A stretch of 64,000 bases of DNA from Deltaproteobacteria bacterium (GTDB lineage: Bacteria > Bdellovibrionota_C > UBA2361 > JAGFJO01): assembly GCA_024102635.1 (NCBI GenBank), contig JAGFJO010000136.1, forward strand, positions 17,133-81,132, written 5' to 3'. A program made the position numbers and the translations under genes. Positions 35,549 to 45,718 of this stretch are shown here, piece after piece. Within the stretch, counting starts at the first letter, position 1. Every line of letters begins with the position of its first letter. The notes under the pieces were generated by a model, which was given only the letters and a program-made list of their open reading frames with translations, was not told the origin of the DNA and did no database searches.

Positions 35549-36706
35549 TTATTTCATCGAAAGAGGAAGCGCCAGACTGACGATTGAGCCGCCCCCGGGG
35601 CGCTTGTCAAACTCTAACCGTCCCTTATTAATCGAGGCATAACGGGTGGCAATGGCTAGTCCCAATCCGCCGCCCTGCTGCTCAAGTTTATCGCGGTTTA
35701 GCTGTCCGAAGATATCTATGGCTTCTTTGATCTGCTGCGGATCGATTCCCACTCCCCTATCCCGGACCTCGAGAATCATATCCTCAGACTGAAGATAAAG
35801 TACGATCTCTATCAGAGTCTCTTTCTCGCGGAATTTCATGCTATTGCTGATTAACCGCCAGACAATGTCTCGAATGTGGGGTTCATAGACCTTGCACTTT
35901 CGCCCTTCGCTGCGATCGGTCACCTTTACTTCGAATCCTTCCTGCTGAATTACCTCGCTGTGACTCTCCAAAATCTCCCATACCAGCGCTGCTATGGCTT
36001 TGTTTTCAGCGCGCGTATCATACAGCCTCTGGGCAATACCGGCCTCTATCTGTTGCAGCAGCATAAAGTCGGTTACCAGCCTTTCAAGCCGCTGCCCTCC
36101 ACGCCTAATCGCCTCAAGCAGGTGGTGCATTTTAGATTCATCTATCGACTGTTTCTGCTCTAGCAGCAGCTCCGTGCCGGTATTGATTGCTACCAATGGA
36201 GTCCTGAACTCATGCGACAACGTATGGATAATCCGTCGCCGAAACGAATCATACTTCTCTTCTCCGGCATATTTTAGGTTTTTCGAACGAATGACCTTTC
36301 CACGCACAATAGAGAGCAGCTCGCGGGGATCAAACGGCTTGACAATATAATCGTCGGCGCCTGCCTCACGCCCCTTGCTTACCTCGCCCGAGTCCGATAG
36401 AGCGGTGAGAAAAATGAATGGGATGTGACTCAGTTCCGGCTTCTTACGCACTGATTCATGAAGCTGGTAACCGTCCATGCGAGGCATCATCACATCGCAA
36501 ATTATCAGGTCGATGCCCTTACTATTGAGAACATCCATCGCTTCGGCGCCGTTATTGGAGACATATACGTGATACTTCTCTGAGACAAGCAGGCTGCGGA
36601 GAACATTTACTATGAGAGGGTTGTCATCCACCACCAGAACTGCGGCCTGGTTCTCGACATTGGGCTGGCTCACCTTTTCCTCCGTGTTGTATGCTCGCTC
36701 CCTCAA
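35549..36706 (-). CDS. Hybrid response regulator-histidine kinase
   Basis: REC 'VLVVDDNPLIVNVL' and 'CDVMMPRMDGY', H-box 'SHEFRTPL', and G2 'GGGLGLAI'. Confidence 0.88.
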   Translation of the reverse strand: MRERAYNTEEKVSQPNVENQAAVLVVDDNPLIVNVLRSLLVSEKYHVYVSNNGAEAMDVLNSKGIDLIICDVMMPRMDGYQLHESVRKKPELSHIPFIFLTALSDSGEVSKGREAGADDYIVKPFDPRELLSIVRGKVIRSKNLKYAGEEKYDSFRRRIIHTLSHEFRTPLVAINTGTELLLEQKQSIDESKMHHLLEAIRRGGQRLERLVTDFMLLQQIEAGIAQRLYDTRAENKAIAALVWEILESHSEVIQQEGFEVKVTDRSEGRKCKVYEPHIRDIVWRLISNSMKFREKETLIEIVLYLQSEDMILEVRDRGVGIDPQQIKEAIDIFGQLNRDKLEQQGGGLGLAIATRYASINKGRLEFDKRPGGGSIVSLALPLSMK

Positions 36707-36908
36707 GTGGGCCGATTCAGGTAAATTGCTGAACCTAGGTGCGAAAGCAAGTCGGTATACGGCTAATCATCGGTAGATTCCTCGCTGTTCTAAAGGAAAG
36801 AAAGGTGTGCATAGCTTGTTGATTTGACTGACAAGATCTGGCAAAAAAGTCGGCATGGCCGGGAGCTTTTTTATAGGCGGCTGGGCAGTATTTATTGAGG
36901 AGCGTGGG

Positions 36909-37829
36909 ATGAATGAAGGAGTGCGCTACATTGGATTGTTTCCGGGGCAAGGTTCGCAGAAGCTCGGCATGGGGAAAGAGCTGCTACACTCAGAGCTTGC
37001 TCGCGATCTCTTCTCGCGCGCAGACTCAGCGCTCGGACTTCCACTTTCCACCATCTGCTTTGAAGGGCCCGAGGAGAGACTGACCGCCACAGAGATCGCC
37101 CAACCCGCCATTCTGACTGTTAGCTCCATTCTTTTTGCAATGTTTATGCAGAAGCAGGGCGGTCTTCTGCCCGTAGCCGCTGCCGGACATAGCTTAGGGG
37201 AGTATTCTGCGCTTGTAGCCGCAGGCGCCATTGAATTTGATGATGCTGTGTTACTTGTGCACAAGCGCGGGCGCTACATGCAGGAAGCTGTGGCCGCCGG
37301 AGAAGGAGCGATGTATGCAGTACTAGGAAAGGAGATCGGGGAGGTGGAGGAGGCTCTCGCTAAGCTTGCGGGGGTTGCCGAAATAGCTAATGTCAATGCA
37401 CCAGGGCAGATTGTCGTTTCTGGTCAAAAAAGCTCCTTTAATAATCTCAAGGAGGTGTTGCCTGGCACCCGTATAATAGAGCTGCAAGTTAGCGCTCCCT
37501 TCCACTGTTCGCTCATGAAACCTGCTCAGGACTCGTTAGAGAAAGATCTCGCAGCTCTTTCCATAAAGCCCCCGAAATTCCCTATATATGCCAATTATTC
37601 CGCTAAAGAGGTCTCCTCACCGGAAGATATCAGGCGCTCGCTTGCGCTTCAGGTTTGCGGCAGAGTGCGGTGGACCGAGAGTATTCAAGCCGCTCTATCT
37701 AAATATGCGCTTGAGCGCGTGTTAGAGTTTGGACACGGTAACGTGCTGACGGGACTGATGAAGCGCATAGACCCGAAAATCGGCCGGATTAATATAGACT
37801 CACAGCAGTCGATAGATTCCTTTTCCTAA
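36909..37829 (+). CDS. fabD: Malonyl-CoA:ACP transacylase
   Basis: 'FPGQGSQKLGMG' and 'GHSLGEYSALV'. I chose the start at Met 36909. Confidence 0.9.
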   Translation: MNEGVRYIGLFPGQGSQKLGMGKELLHSELARDLFSRADSALGLPLSTICFEGPEERLTATEIAQPAILTVSSILFAMFMQKQGGLLPVAAAGHSLGEYSALVAAGAIEFDDAVLLVHKRGRYMQEAVAAGEGAMYAVLGKEIGEVEEALAKLAGVAEIANVNAPGQIVVSGQKSSFNNLKEVLPGTRIIELQVSAPFHCSLMKPAQDSLEKDLAALSIKPPKFPIYANYSAKEVSSPEDIRRSLALQVCGRVRWTESIQAALSKYALERVLEFGHGNVLTGLMKRIDPKIGRINIDSQQSIDSFS

Positions 37830-37938
37830 ACAACCGACTGGAAGCTGCGTTTAAGCCGCGGCTTAGGGAAAGAATGCCACGTTAACCGCCGTAATTTTGT
37901 AGTTCGTTAACCCGGCGAACTGCTGTAAATTAGTTCTA

Positions 37939-38757
37939 GTGTTCAGGCCTGCCAAAACGCTACAGATTCCTATTCTAGCGGCTTCGCTTACATTGCCGCT
38001 TTCTCAGGGGTGTACCAGCACCACTGCGCATTCTGCGCGCAACCTTTCGGCTACTCCGGCGGTTGTATATTTTCCGGCGCGTCCACCGGGCGAGCATTCG
38101 GTTTCCCTTCGCTGCGAACTCGCCGCGCAGCCTGAGTGGGCGAACTGCTGCGGTCAAGTAGCGGTAACTACGGTCTTGAACGCTTTAGGCGATTAGGTTA
38201 ACCCTGAGGCAGTGTGCAAAGAGATGAATCCGGCAGGGATATTTACAACTCCAAACGGTATCGTTTCCTACCTTAAAAGGCGCGGAGTAGCCTCGCTTGC
38301 CGTCAATAAATCGTCGCTGGAAGACATAGCTGAGTGCATCGATTCGGGAAGGCCGGTCATAGCGTTAGTGCGAAGCGGCACATCTCCGCACTGGGTAACA
38401 CTTCCAGGATATACCAGGCAGGTGGAGTTCGAGGGTAGTTCTATTAAAAAGGGGGCTATCTTGAGCGTCGATGTCATGGATCATTGCATCGCAGATGGAT
38501 GTGAAGGGGGCCGTAAGGAGCTCAAAGCTGAAGAGTTCATGCGAATATGGAGCGATCCTTACGGGGGCTCAAGAGTTTCCGGCTTACTTAGCCATTCACG
38601 TTTTATAGTGGAGCTGATGCCCCCTGAGGGAAGAAATAACCGTCATCCCTCTACGGTTTCCAACTTGCTTGCCGACACCACATTTGAAACGGTGACGGCC
38701 GTTCACCGCCTGAATCCTTCATGGGCCAAAGGGCTGAAGAACCTTTTTGACAAATAG
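37939..38757 (+). pseudogene. C39-like cysteine peptidase lipoprotein interrupted by an in-frame TAG (38194-38196)
   Basis: ORFs 37939-38196 and 38212-38757 are in the same frame, reading '...NCCGQVAVTTVLNALGD*VNPEAVCKEMNPAG...'. The catalytic-Cys motif ('NCCGQ') is upstream of the stop and the His motif ('SPHWVTLPGY') is downstream. Lipobox 'LSQGC'. Confidence 0.65.
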
Positions 38758-38938
38758 AGAATTTTCGCGAGATCGTTACTTATTCAGCAAGAAGAGTGCT
38801 GGGGAGTTATGAATTAAGAGGTGTTCTTCTCAAAGCAGCACTTATTTCTACAAAGAGGACGGCGAGATCAGCGAGAGGGAAGTATTCTTGTCCACCTCAC
38901 CGCACTCGCAGTTTTAATCTCTTTTCCCGCTGAAGATT

Positions 38939-39835
38939 CTACGCGCCGCTTTGCAGACCTTTTGCGGCTTTGCGCTGCAGATGGTACGCGCAGTTCTTCG
39001 AGCAGGAGTTGCGGTGCGATTCAGCGTGGCACGACGCACAAATCATAGTTCCAGCACCACATTCCTCGCAATCAAGAGGTGTGTTAGCAGGGTTTCCGCA
39101 GTGCGGACAAAGCTTGAACTTCTTTGAAGGCGCCAGCTCCTGATCCACCGCTACCCGATGGTCAAAAACGAAACATTCTCCATTGAATTTCTGCTTCGGA
39201 TACTGCTCAAGATACTTAAGTATTCCTCCTTCAAGCTGGTAAACTTTCGAGTAGCCTGCACTTTGCATTGACAGGATGGCCTTCTCGCACCTTATTCCGC
39301 CGGTACAGTACATAAGCACTTTGCGATCCTTCTCTATTCCGAGCTTCTCGACCGCCTCAGGAAAGTCACTGAACTTCTCGAGTTTAAGATCGACCGCCCC
39401 ATGGAACATTCCCAGTTCGGTCTCATAGAAGTTTCGGGTGTCAATCAGAACAAAGTCCTCTTCGGCCTCAAGTATTCTCTGCCACTCGTCCGGGCTTAGA
39501 TGATTATTTTGACTAGACGCGGGCTTGCATCCGTCCGCTTTAAGAGTGACTATCTCAGGGCGGACATCAATCTTAAACCTCCGAAAGGGAGCCTGTTCAC
39601 TTGCACTGTCCTTAAAAATTAACCCCGAGAACTCGGGTACTTCAAGCAGCCTGCTCTTAAAGATCTGTAGCTTGCCGGCTGGAACGGCGAGAGTTGCATT
39701 GCAGCCTTCGGGGGCCAGAAGTAAAAGCCCCCTGACATCCAGCTCGCTCGCAACTCCGTTAAGCAGACACTTGATCTGTTCTATGCGGTCGGAACTAAGG
39801 TCGATAAACTTATAGAAAGTAGTGACGGCAAACAT
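38939..39835 (-). CDS. trhO: tRNA U34 hydroxylase TrhO (rhodanese-domain, UPF0176/YceA family)
   Basis: 'FYKFIDL', 'IDTRNFYETELGMFHGA' and 'YCTGGIRCEKA', plus a Cys-rich C-terminus. ATG 39835 follows the ProRS stop by 1 nt. Confidence 0.85.
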   Translation of the reverse strand: MFAVTTFYKFIDLSSDRIEQIKCLLNGVASELDVRGLLLLAPEGCNATLAVPAGKLQIFKSRLLEVPEFSGLIFKDSASEQAPFRRFKIDVRPEIVTLKADGCKPASSQNNHLSPDEWQRILEAEEDFVLIDTRNFYETELGMFHGAVDLKLEKFSDFPEAVEKLGIEKDRKVLMYCTGGIRCEKAILSMQSAGYSKVYQLEGGILKYLEQYPKQKFNGECFVFDHRVAVDQELAPSKKFKLCPHCGNPANTPLDCEECGAGTMICASCHAESHRNSCSKNCAYHLQRKAAKGLQSGA

Positions 39836-39836
39836 C

Positions 39837-41351
39837 CTAATAAGCCTTTGCAAAAATTGCGTCTACTGTTGCCTCGCGGCCGGTCACGATGCATTTGCCG
39901 CTTGTTCCGCTCTGTTGCAGTGGCAGGCAGCGGATTGTTATCTTAAGATCATTCAGCCGCTTCTCCTCTGCTTGATCATTGCACCATTTCCCGAGTACGA
40001 AACCACCGTGGATTTCGGGCTTTTCAAGTTTTTTAGGAGTAAAGTAACTCTTCAGTTCATCGAAGTTGCGAATTTCGGTTGATGTATGCTGCTTCAAATA
40101 TTGCCGCGCAGTATCCAGATAATTTGCTTGTATCTCGCTGAGAACTCCTGCTATACGATTTTTAAGTTCATTTAAGTTAACACTCGCCTTGTCCTTGTGA
40201 CCCTTGTCACGCCTATAGAGCATGGCAGACTCGGACTTAATATCGCGCGGGCCTACTTCAAGGCGAATAGGAGCTCCCTTTTTTATCCATTCCCAATTCT
40301 TCTCGCCGCCGCGCATATCACGGTTGTCTATGTGAACACTAAGCCGCTCGCCGTCAAAACTGCTTTCACGCAGCATCTCGCGTAGCTTCTCCGCATATTC
40401 GCGAACCTCACCCGCTGCTTCCGGCTTTGGAATGACCGGCAGTATTACCACATGGTAGGGAGCCACCTTGGGAGGTACTTTTAACCCATCGTCATCTCCG
40501 TGAGTCATGATCACCCCGCCTATCAGCCGAGTGGAGACTCCCCATGAAGTCGTATGCACGAAATCAAAGTCACCTGCCTCGTTCACAAACTTGATATCTG
40601 AAGACTTGGCGAAGTTCTGTCCAAGATAATGAGAAGTTCCGGCTTGCAAAGCTTTGCGGTCCTGCATCATAGCCTCGACACTGAAAGTGCTGACCGCACC
40701 TGGAAACCTCTCTCCGGCTGTTTTCTCTCCCGGGATAACGGGCATTGCGAGAACCTCTTCCATGAATTCGCGATACACCTCATGCATCAGCATCGTCTCT
40801 CGCAGGGCCTCCTCTCGGGTAGCGTGCGCTGTGTGCCCTTCCTGCCAAAGAAATTCCGCCGTTCTTAGAAACACCCGCGGCCTCATCTCCCAGCGAACGA
40901 CATTGGCCCACTGATTTATAAGAAGTGGAAGGTCACGGTAGGATTGAATCCATTTCGCAAAAGAGGCCCCGATAATAGTTTCGGAGGTGGGGCGGACTAC
41001 AAGCGGCTCTTCGAGCGGAGCAGCCGGAATAAGCCGCCCCTCCTTTTGTTCGAGCCTGTGATGGGTTACAACGGCGCACTCTTTGGCGAACCCTTCAACA
41101 TGCTCGGCTTCCTTTTCAAAAAAACTAAGCGGTATGAAGAGTGGAAAGTAGGCGTTCTGGTGCCCCGTTTCCTTGATGCGGTTGTCCAGCTTGCGTTGAA
41201 TATTCTCCCAGATGCCGTAGCCCCATGGCTTTATCACCATGCATCCGCGTACGGCCGAAGTCTCAGCCAGGTCTGCTGCTCGCACAACCTGCTGGTACCA
41301 CTCTGGATAGTCCTCGCTACGGGTCGGGGAGATTGCATTTTCGCTCGCCAT
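39837..41351 (-). CDS. proS: Proline--tRNA ligase (archaeal/eukaryote-like type)
   Basis: 'EDYPEWYQQVVRAADLAETSAVRGCMVIKPWGYGIWE', 504 aa, ending in the conserved C-terminal Tyr ('FAKAY'). Confidence 0.9.
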   Translation of the reverse strand: MASENAISPTRSEDYPEWYQQVVRAADLAETSAVRGCMVIKPWGYGIWENIQRKLDNRIKETGHQNAYFPLFIPLSFFEKEAEHVEGFAKECAVVTHHRLEQKEGRLIPAAPLEEPLVVRPTSETIIGASFAKWIQSYRDLPLLINQWANVVRWEMRPRVFLRTAEFLWQEGHTAHATREEALRETMLMHEVYREFMEEVLAMPVIPGEKTAGERFPGAVSTFSVEAMMQDRKALQAGTSHYLGQNFAKSSDIKFVNEAGDFDFVHTTSWGVSTRLIGGVIMTHGDDDGLKVPPKVAPYHVVILPVIPKPEAAGEVREYAEKLREMLRESSFDGERLSVHIDNRDMRGGEKNWEWIKKGAPIRLEVGPRDIKSESAMLYRRDKGHKDKASVNLNELKNRIAGVLSEIQANYLDTARQYLKQHTSTEIRNFDELKSYFTPKKLEKPEIHGGFVLGKWCNDQAEEKRLNDLKITIRCLPLQQSGTSGKCIVTGREATVDAIFAKAY

Positions 41352-41474
41352 ATCGCGGGATTATACACTTTCGCGGCGGCCAAACAAGTAAGTGGAGCTG
41401 GCTGCTTATAAGCTGCGCGGCAAGAGCTGCTGGTTTGCTTGTACCACGATGAGCGAATTCGACGACCGGTAATA

Positions 41475-42359
41475 TCATCTAACTGCGGAAGGAAATGACA
41501 TAGGACGGACAGATTTTAGAGCTTTTAGGTGATAGGACAGGAGCGCAATCACAAAAAACACTCCGCTCATCATTGCCATTGCAGCTGATATCGACGCCTC
41601 AAAATATGAAGCGAGGAAAAAGCCTGTGACAGCAGAGAGCAATGCCAGAAAGATCGCCCAACTCAACATTCCGACCAGACTGCGGGCGAAAAGATATGCT
41701 GTGTTGGCCGGCACCACCAGCATGGCCACTACCAAGATCGCACCGACGGATTCAAAAGAAGCAACTGTAGTGAGAGAGACAAAGCTCATGAGGAGATAGT
41801 GCCAAAGCGCTACATTGATTCCAAGCGACGAGGCGAGCACCGGATCGAATGATATCGCCTTTAGGTTTCTATACCCCATAAGAATGAATATTAAATTAGC
41901 GAGAGTTACAAATCCGAGCATCCATACGGCACGGGGACCGGCATCTTTGCCAAGGATCTCGATTGTATCAAGAGGTGCGAAGGCGATCTCTCCATAAAGA
42001 ACGCATTCCTGATCCAGATCCACACGGTCAGCAAAGGCAGAGATCAGTATTACGCCTAACGCAAACAGCCACGTAAACGTGACGCCTATACTAGCGTCCT
42101 CCTGCAGCTTGCCGTAGCGATTCAATGCGCTTGCTAGGTAAGCTGTAAGTAATCCGACGGCGCCAGCGCCTATTAGCATTACTGCAGTAGATCGGCTGGA
42201 GGTTAAAAGGAATGCCGCTGCAATCCCGAAAAGCACTGAATGACTTATGGCATCCCCCAGCATAGACATTTTGCGCAAAACAAGAAACACGCCTATCGAT
42301 GCGCAGGAGATCGCCACCAGGGACGCAATGATTAATATCCAGATCTCGCTTTCTATCAC
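41475..42359 (-). CDS. Metal (Mn/Zn/Fe) ABC transporter permease, ABC-3 family
   Basis: 294 aa, polytopic, with 'GDAISHSVLFGIA'-type ABC-3 motifs. There is a 4-nt overlap with the upstream permease gene. Confidence 0.85.
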   Translation of the reverse strand: MIESEIWILIIASLVAISCASIGVFLVLRKMSMLGDAISHSVLFGIAAAFLLTSSRSTAVMLIGAGAVGLLTAYLASALNRYGKLQEDASIGVTFTWLFALGVILISAFADRVDLDQECVLYGEIAFAPLDTIEILGKDAGPRAVWMLGFVTLANLIFILMGYRNLKAISFDPVLASSLGINVALWHYLLMSFVSLTTVASFESVGAILVVAMLVVPANTAYLFARSLVGMLSWAIFLALLSAVTGFFLASYFEASISAAMAMMSGVFFVIALLSYHLKALKSVRPMSFPSAVR

Positions 42360-43693
42360 TTGTGCTCTCCCTCCGCTGCGGCAGCCTTGGGTATTACCCT
42401 GCCATGAGGGTCTTCTATTGGAGACCCAAGCTCTTGCAGCAAAAGCGCTTCCAGGTCGGGAGTTAGGATGTGTTCTATCTCCTCAGCTTCATCATGCACA
42501 TGATCGGGCGCTATCTGAATTCTCTTACTAAGGTAAAGCTCCCACAAACGGTGGAATCGAGTTACTTCCTTTGCCCGCTCGAGCCCTGATGCAGTTAGGG
42601 TGAAACGGCCCTCGCTTATTTCGACGAGACCTTTTCTTCGGAGCCGCCTTAACGCTGCCTCCATCTGCTGGAGCGCCATATTGCGGTAGCTAAGCAGGGT
42701 GCCGGTATCTACCGGTATTGAAAAATCGCCGGCATTCTCTCCAATCTTGTACATTGTGCGAAGTATGTTCTCCTCATGGACCTTTCGAGAAAGACGGTTT
42801 TGCCTCTTAATCCTCGCCAATAATCCGCGGTCTGGCGCAAAAAGCAATGAAATCAAAAAGACTGCACTCACTCCCATCACCATCCACGGGCCGGTCGGCA
42901 TTCGCGGCGCGAGGTAGGAAACATTCGCTCCGAAAGCTCCGGCGAGACCACCAAAAATCCCCGAAATGAGCACCATTGCCGCCAAATTGTTAGTCCAATA
43001 ACGTGCAGCGGCCGCGGGTGTCAGGAGAACGGCTGCCATCAGTACTACGCCGACCAGCTGAAGCCCTATGACAACAGAAAGCACAAGAGAAAGCGCCAGC
43101 AACATCTCAAAAAAAGCTACCGGCAGACCGGTTGTCTGGGAAAACTGACGGTCAAATGAGATGCTCTTAAGCTGCCTGAACGATAGAATAACAAATAATA
43201 GGAGCCCCAAAGCTACAGCACCGAGAATCTTAACGTCATCCCGCACCATGCCGGCCGCCTGCCCGAAAAGCATCTTGTCCAAACCGGCTTGGGAAGCAAT
43301 CCCAGTTTTCTGTATTCGGGTTAGCTGAAAAATGCCGACGGCAAAGAAAAGTGAGAGGACTATCGCAAATGCCGAATCTTCTTTGACAATCGTTCGTTTG
43401 ATAAGGTGCTCAATAACGAAATACCCGATAAAACAGCTAACTAGCGCCCCCGCTCCTAATACGAGAGGATCGCGCGAATGGAACAGAAGAAAGGCAGTAG
43501 TCACGCCCGGCAGAGCCGCATGCGCCAGCGCGTCTCCTGTAAGAGATCTCTTTCTAAGAAACGCAAAACATCCAATTGCTCCGGCGCTCGAGCCCAACAA
43601 GACCGAACCAGTTAGCACCCACACTACATTGGGATCATTAAGCCGCCAAAATTCAAAAAAAAGCTCCAGCATCACTCGGCTCGTCTCTTCCAC
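42356..43693 (-). CDS. ABC-3 permease fused to a C-terminal DtxR/MntR-like repressor domain (YtgCR-like)
   Basis: The N-terminal ~290 aa are a permease ('GDALAHAALPGV'). The C-terminus carries wHTH-like 'LRRLRRKGLVE' and 'FHRLWELYL...HVHDEAEEIEHILTPD...PHGRVIP' (DtxR dimerisation/metal-site region). An alternative start is ATG 43672. Confidence 0.8.
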   Translation of the reverse strand: MEETSRVMLELFFEFWRLNDPNVVWVLTGSVLLGSSAGAIGCFAFLRKRSLTGDALAHAALPGVTTAFLLFHSRDPLVLGAGALVSCFIGYFVIEHLIKRTIVKEDSAFAIVLSLFFAVGIFQLTRIQKTGIASQAGLDKMLFGQAAGMVRDDVKILGAVALGLLLFVILSFRQLKSISFDRQFSQTTGLPVAFFEMLLALSLVLSVVIGLQLVGVVLMAAVLLTPAAAARYWTNNLAAMVLISGIFGGLAGAFGANVSYLAPRMPTGPWMVMGVSAVFLISLLFAPDRGLLARIKRQNRLSRKVHEENILRTMYKIGENAGDFSIPVDTGTLLSYRNMALQQMEAALRRLRRKGLVEISEGRFTLTASGLERAKEVTRFHRLWELYLSKRIQIAPDHVHDEAEEIEHILTPDLEALLLQELGSPIEDPHGRVIPKAAAAEGEHK

Positions 43694-44454
43694 TCGCTTT
43701 GGCGCAGCCGCTCAGTAATCTCAGCCAGCAGCCCTAGTCTTCCCCCATAAGTTGTATTTAAATTATCGGCATTGAAAACCTCTTCTGTAGGCCCGCACGC
43801 TACAAGGCGAAGATTTATCAATATCGTCCAATCAAAGTATTCAATTACTGTATTCAAATCATGATGCACGCAGATAACCGTTTTACCTTGCGACTTGAGC
43901 GACTCGAATAGCGTGACGATTGCTTTCTCTGTGGCCGCATCCACTCCGGCAAAGGGTTCATCCATAAGATATACGGTGGCCTGCTGCGCTAAGGCCCTTG
44001 CGATGAACACGCGCTGCTGTTGCCCCCCGGACAGCTGACTAATCTGACGGTTTTGAAGCTCAAGCATCCCCACCTGGTTCAAAGCGTCCTTTGCCAAGGC
44101 AGTATCTTCTTCCCGCAGCCTGCGGTAAAAAGGGAGCCTGCCATAGCGGCCCATGAGTACTACATCAAGCACATTAATAGGAAAATCCCAGTCCACCTCC
44201 TCGCGCTGGGGAACATATGCGACGATTGATCGTTTCTTCTGTAAAGGCTCGCCGTAGATCTTGACGTATCCGCTGGAGAGCGGCAGCAGCCCCATGACCG
44301 CCTTTAGCAGCGTCGACTTCCCCGCGCCGTTCGGGCCTACGATGGAGATGATCTTTCCCTCGGGGATTGTAAAATCAACGCCCCATAACACCGGACGGTG
44401 ATGATAGCTGACAGTTAGATCATGAACTTCTAAGGGAGATGGATTATTCGGCAT
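43672..44454 (-). CDS. Metal ABC transporter ATP-binding protein
   Basis: Walker A 'GPNGAGKST', signature 'LSGGQQQR' and Walker B 'VYLMDEP'. Confidence 0.9.
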   Translation of the reverse strand: MPNNPSPLEVHDLTVSYHHRPVLWGVDFTIPEGKIISIVGPNGAGKSTLLKAVMGLLPLSSGYVKIYGEPLQKKRSIVAYVPQREEVDWDFPINVLDVVLMGRYGRLPFYRRLREEDTALAKDALNQVGMLELQNRQISQLSGGQQQRVFIARALAQQATVYLMDEPFAGVDAATEKAIVTLFESLKSQGKTVICVHHDLNTVIEYFDWTILINLRLVACGPTEEVFNADNLNTTYGGRLGLLAEITERLRQSEWKRRAE

Positions 44455-44531
44455 CTGTTAAGATTTCAAATCAACAGTAAAGAAGGCGGGTTATCGTGGG
44501 TCATACAATAAGCCGCGAGTTTCAATAAACT

Positions 44532-44553
44532 GACAAATATGCTATTATTTGTC
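44532..44553. promoter_or_regulatory. Candidate operator palindrome upstream of the metal ABC operon
   Basis: 'GACAAATA' tgctat 'TATTTGTC' has 8-bp perfect arms. It lies 78-99 nt upstream of the ATPase start in an AT-rich divergent intergenic region. Confidence 0.3.
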
Positions 44554-44642
44554 GTAAATTTAAAGAGCCGCCGCCGAACGCGGAGGCTTCTCTCCGTTTT
44601 AAACCCCCTACAACCTAGTTTTTTATTTAGGAACTGAAAGTC

Positions 44643-45455
44643 ATGTGCAAAGGCTTTTTGATCGACATGGATGGCGTAATTTACAAGGCAGGACGGATAA
44701 TACCCGGCGCGGATGCCTTTGTGGGCGACTTGATACGCTTCAGCGTGCCCTTTCTATTTTTGACCAACAATAGCCGCCACACACAGCTTGACGTCGTTAC
44801 CCGCCTCAACCGTATCGGCATAAAGGTATCGACCGAGCATATCTATACCAGTGCGATGGCTACAGCACAGTTTCTGGCTTCTCAGAAGCCGCGCGGAACG
44901 GCGTATGTTTTGGGCGAAGGGGGTCTGCTGAACAGCCTTCATGAAGTCGGATATTCGGTTGTCGATAATGATCCAGATTACGTAATTGTGGGAGAGGGGC
45001 GCACTCTCAATCTGGAGATGGTCGAGAAAGCTATCGACTTCATCATTGACGGAGCAAAGCTGATCGCCACCAATCTTGATCCCTCGCCTAAGATTAAGGG
45101 TTGGATGAAGCCGGGTACCGGTGCAATCGTAGCCATGCTTGAAGAGGCTGCCGGGAAGAAAGCATTCAGCGTTGGTAAACCTAGTCCTGTAATGATGCGT
45201 GCGGCACGGAAGGCTTTGAACTTGAACACCGCCGACACTGTTATAATCGGCGACACCATGGAGACCGATATTCTTGGCGGTGTCCATATGGGTTACAAAA
45301 GCATTCTTGTTCTTACCGGATGGTCTACAAGGGCAGACTTGGCAAATTATGCTTTTAGGCCCGACGTCATTGTCGATTCGATCGCCGATTTATCGGTTAA
45401 AGAGCTGCTCGATTCCAGGACCAGCCCGGTATCAAAAGCGTCGAAAGCGGCTTAA
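44643..45455 (+). CDS. HAD-IIA family hydrolase (NagD-like)
   Basis: 'FLIDMDGVIY', 'FLTNNS' and 'GDTMETDILGG'. Confidence 0.85.
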   Translation: MCKGFLIDMDGVIYKAGRIIPGADAFVGDLIRFSVPFLFLTNNSRHTQLDVVTRLNRIGIKVSTEHIYTSAMATAQFLASQKPRGTAYVLGEGGLLNSLHEVGYSVVDNDPDYVIVGEGRTLNLEMVEKAIDFIIDGAKLIATNLDPSPKIKGWMKPGTGAIVAMLEEAAGKKAFSVGKPSPVMMRAARKALNLNTADTVIIGDTMETDILGGVHMGYKSILVLTGWSTRADLANYAFRPDVIVDSIADLSVKELLDSRTSPVSKASKAA

Positions 45456-45468
45456 GAGAGCCGGTAAC

Positions 45469-45693
45469 TTACTCGTCGCTCCATTTGATCTGAAACTCGA
45501 TCTCCTCCGATGCTCCTTCGCGCTCGTGCTCAATAGTATATTCCGCCCTCGAAGGGACATAGATCCGCTCGCCGGCAATCTGTATCTCGAACTTCTCGCC
45601 GCTCTCAAGCGAGTCGGCAAGCCTTCTCAATTTAGATATGAACTCAGGAAGCGAATAAACTTTCTCTATATCTCTACTCTTTTTCGCCGACAT
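45469..45693 (-). CDS. Amphi-Trp domain-containing small protein
   Basis: 74 aa. 'GEKFEIQIAGERIYVP...EIEFQIKWSDE' matches my recollection of the amphi-Trp family pattern. Confidence 0.5.
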   Translation of the reverse strand: MSAKKSRDIEKVYSLPEFISKLRRLADSLESGEKFEIQIAGERIYVPSRAEYTIEHEREGASEEIEFQIKWSDE

Positions 45694-45718
45694 TTCTGTT
45701 TCTCCCCCGGCCCTGCTA

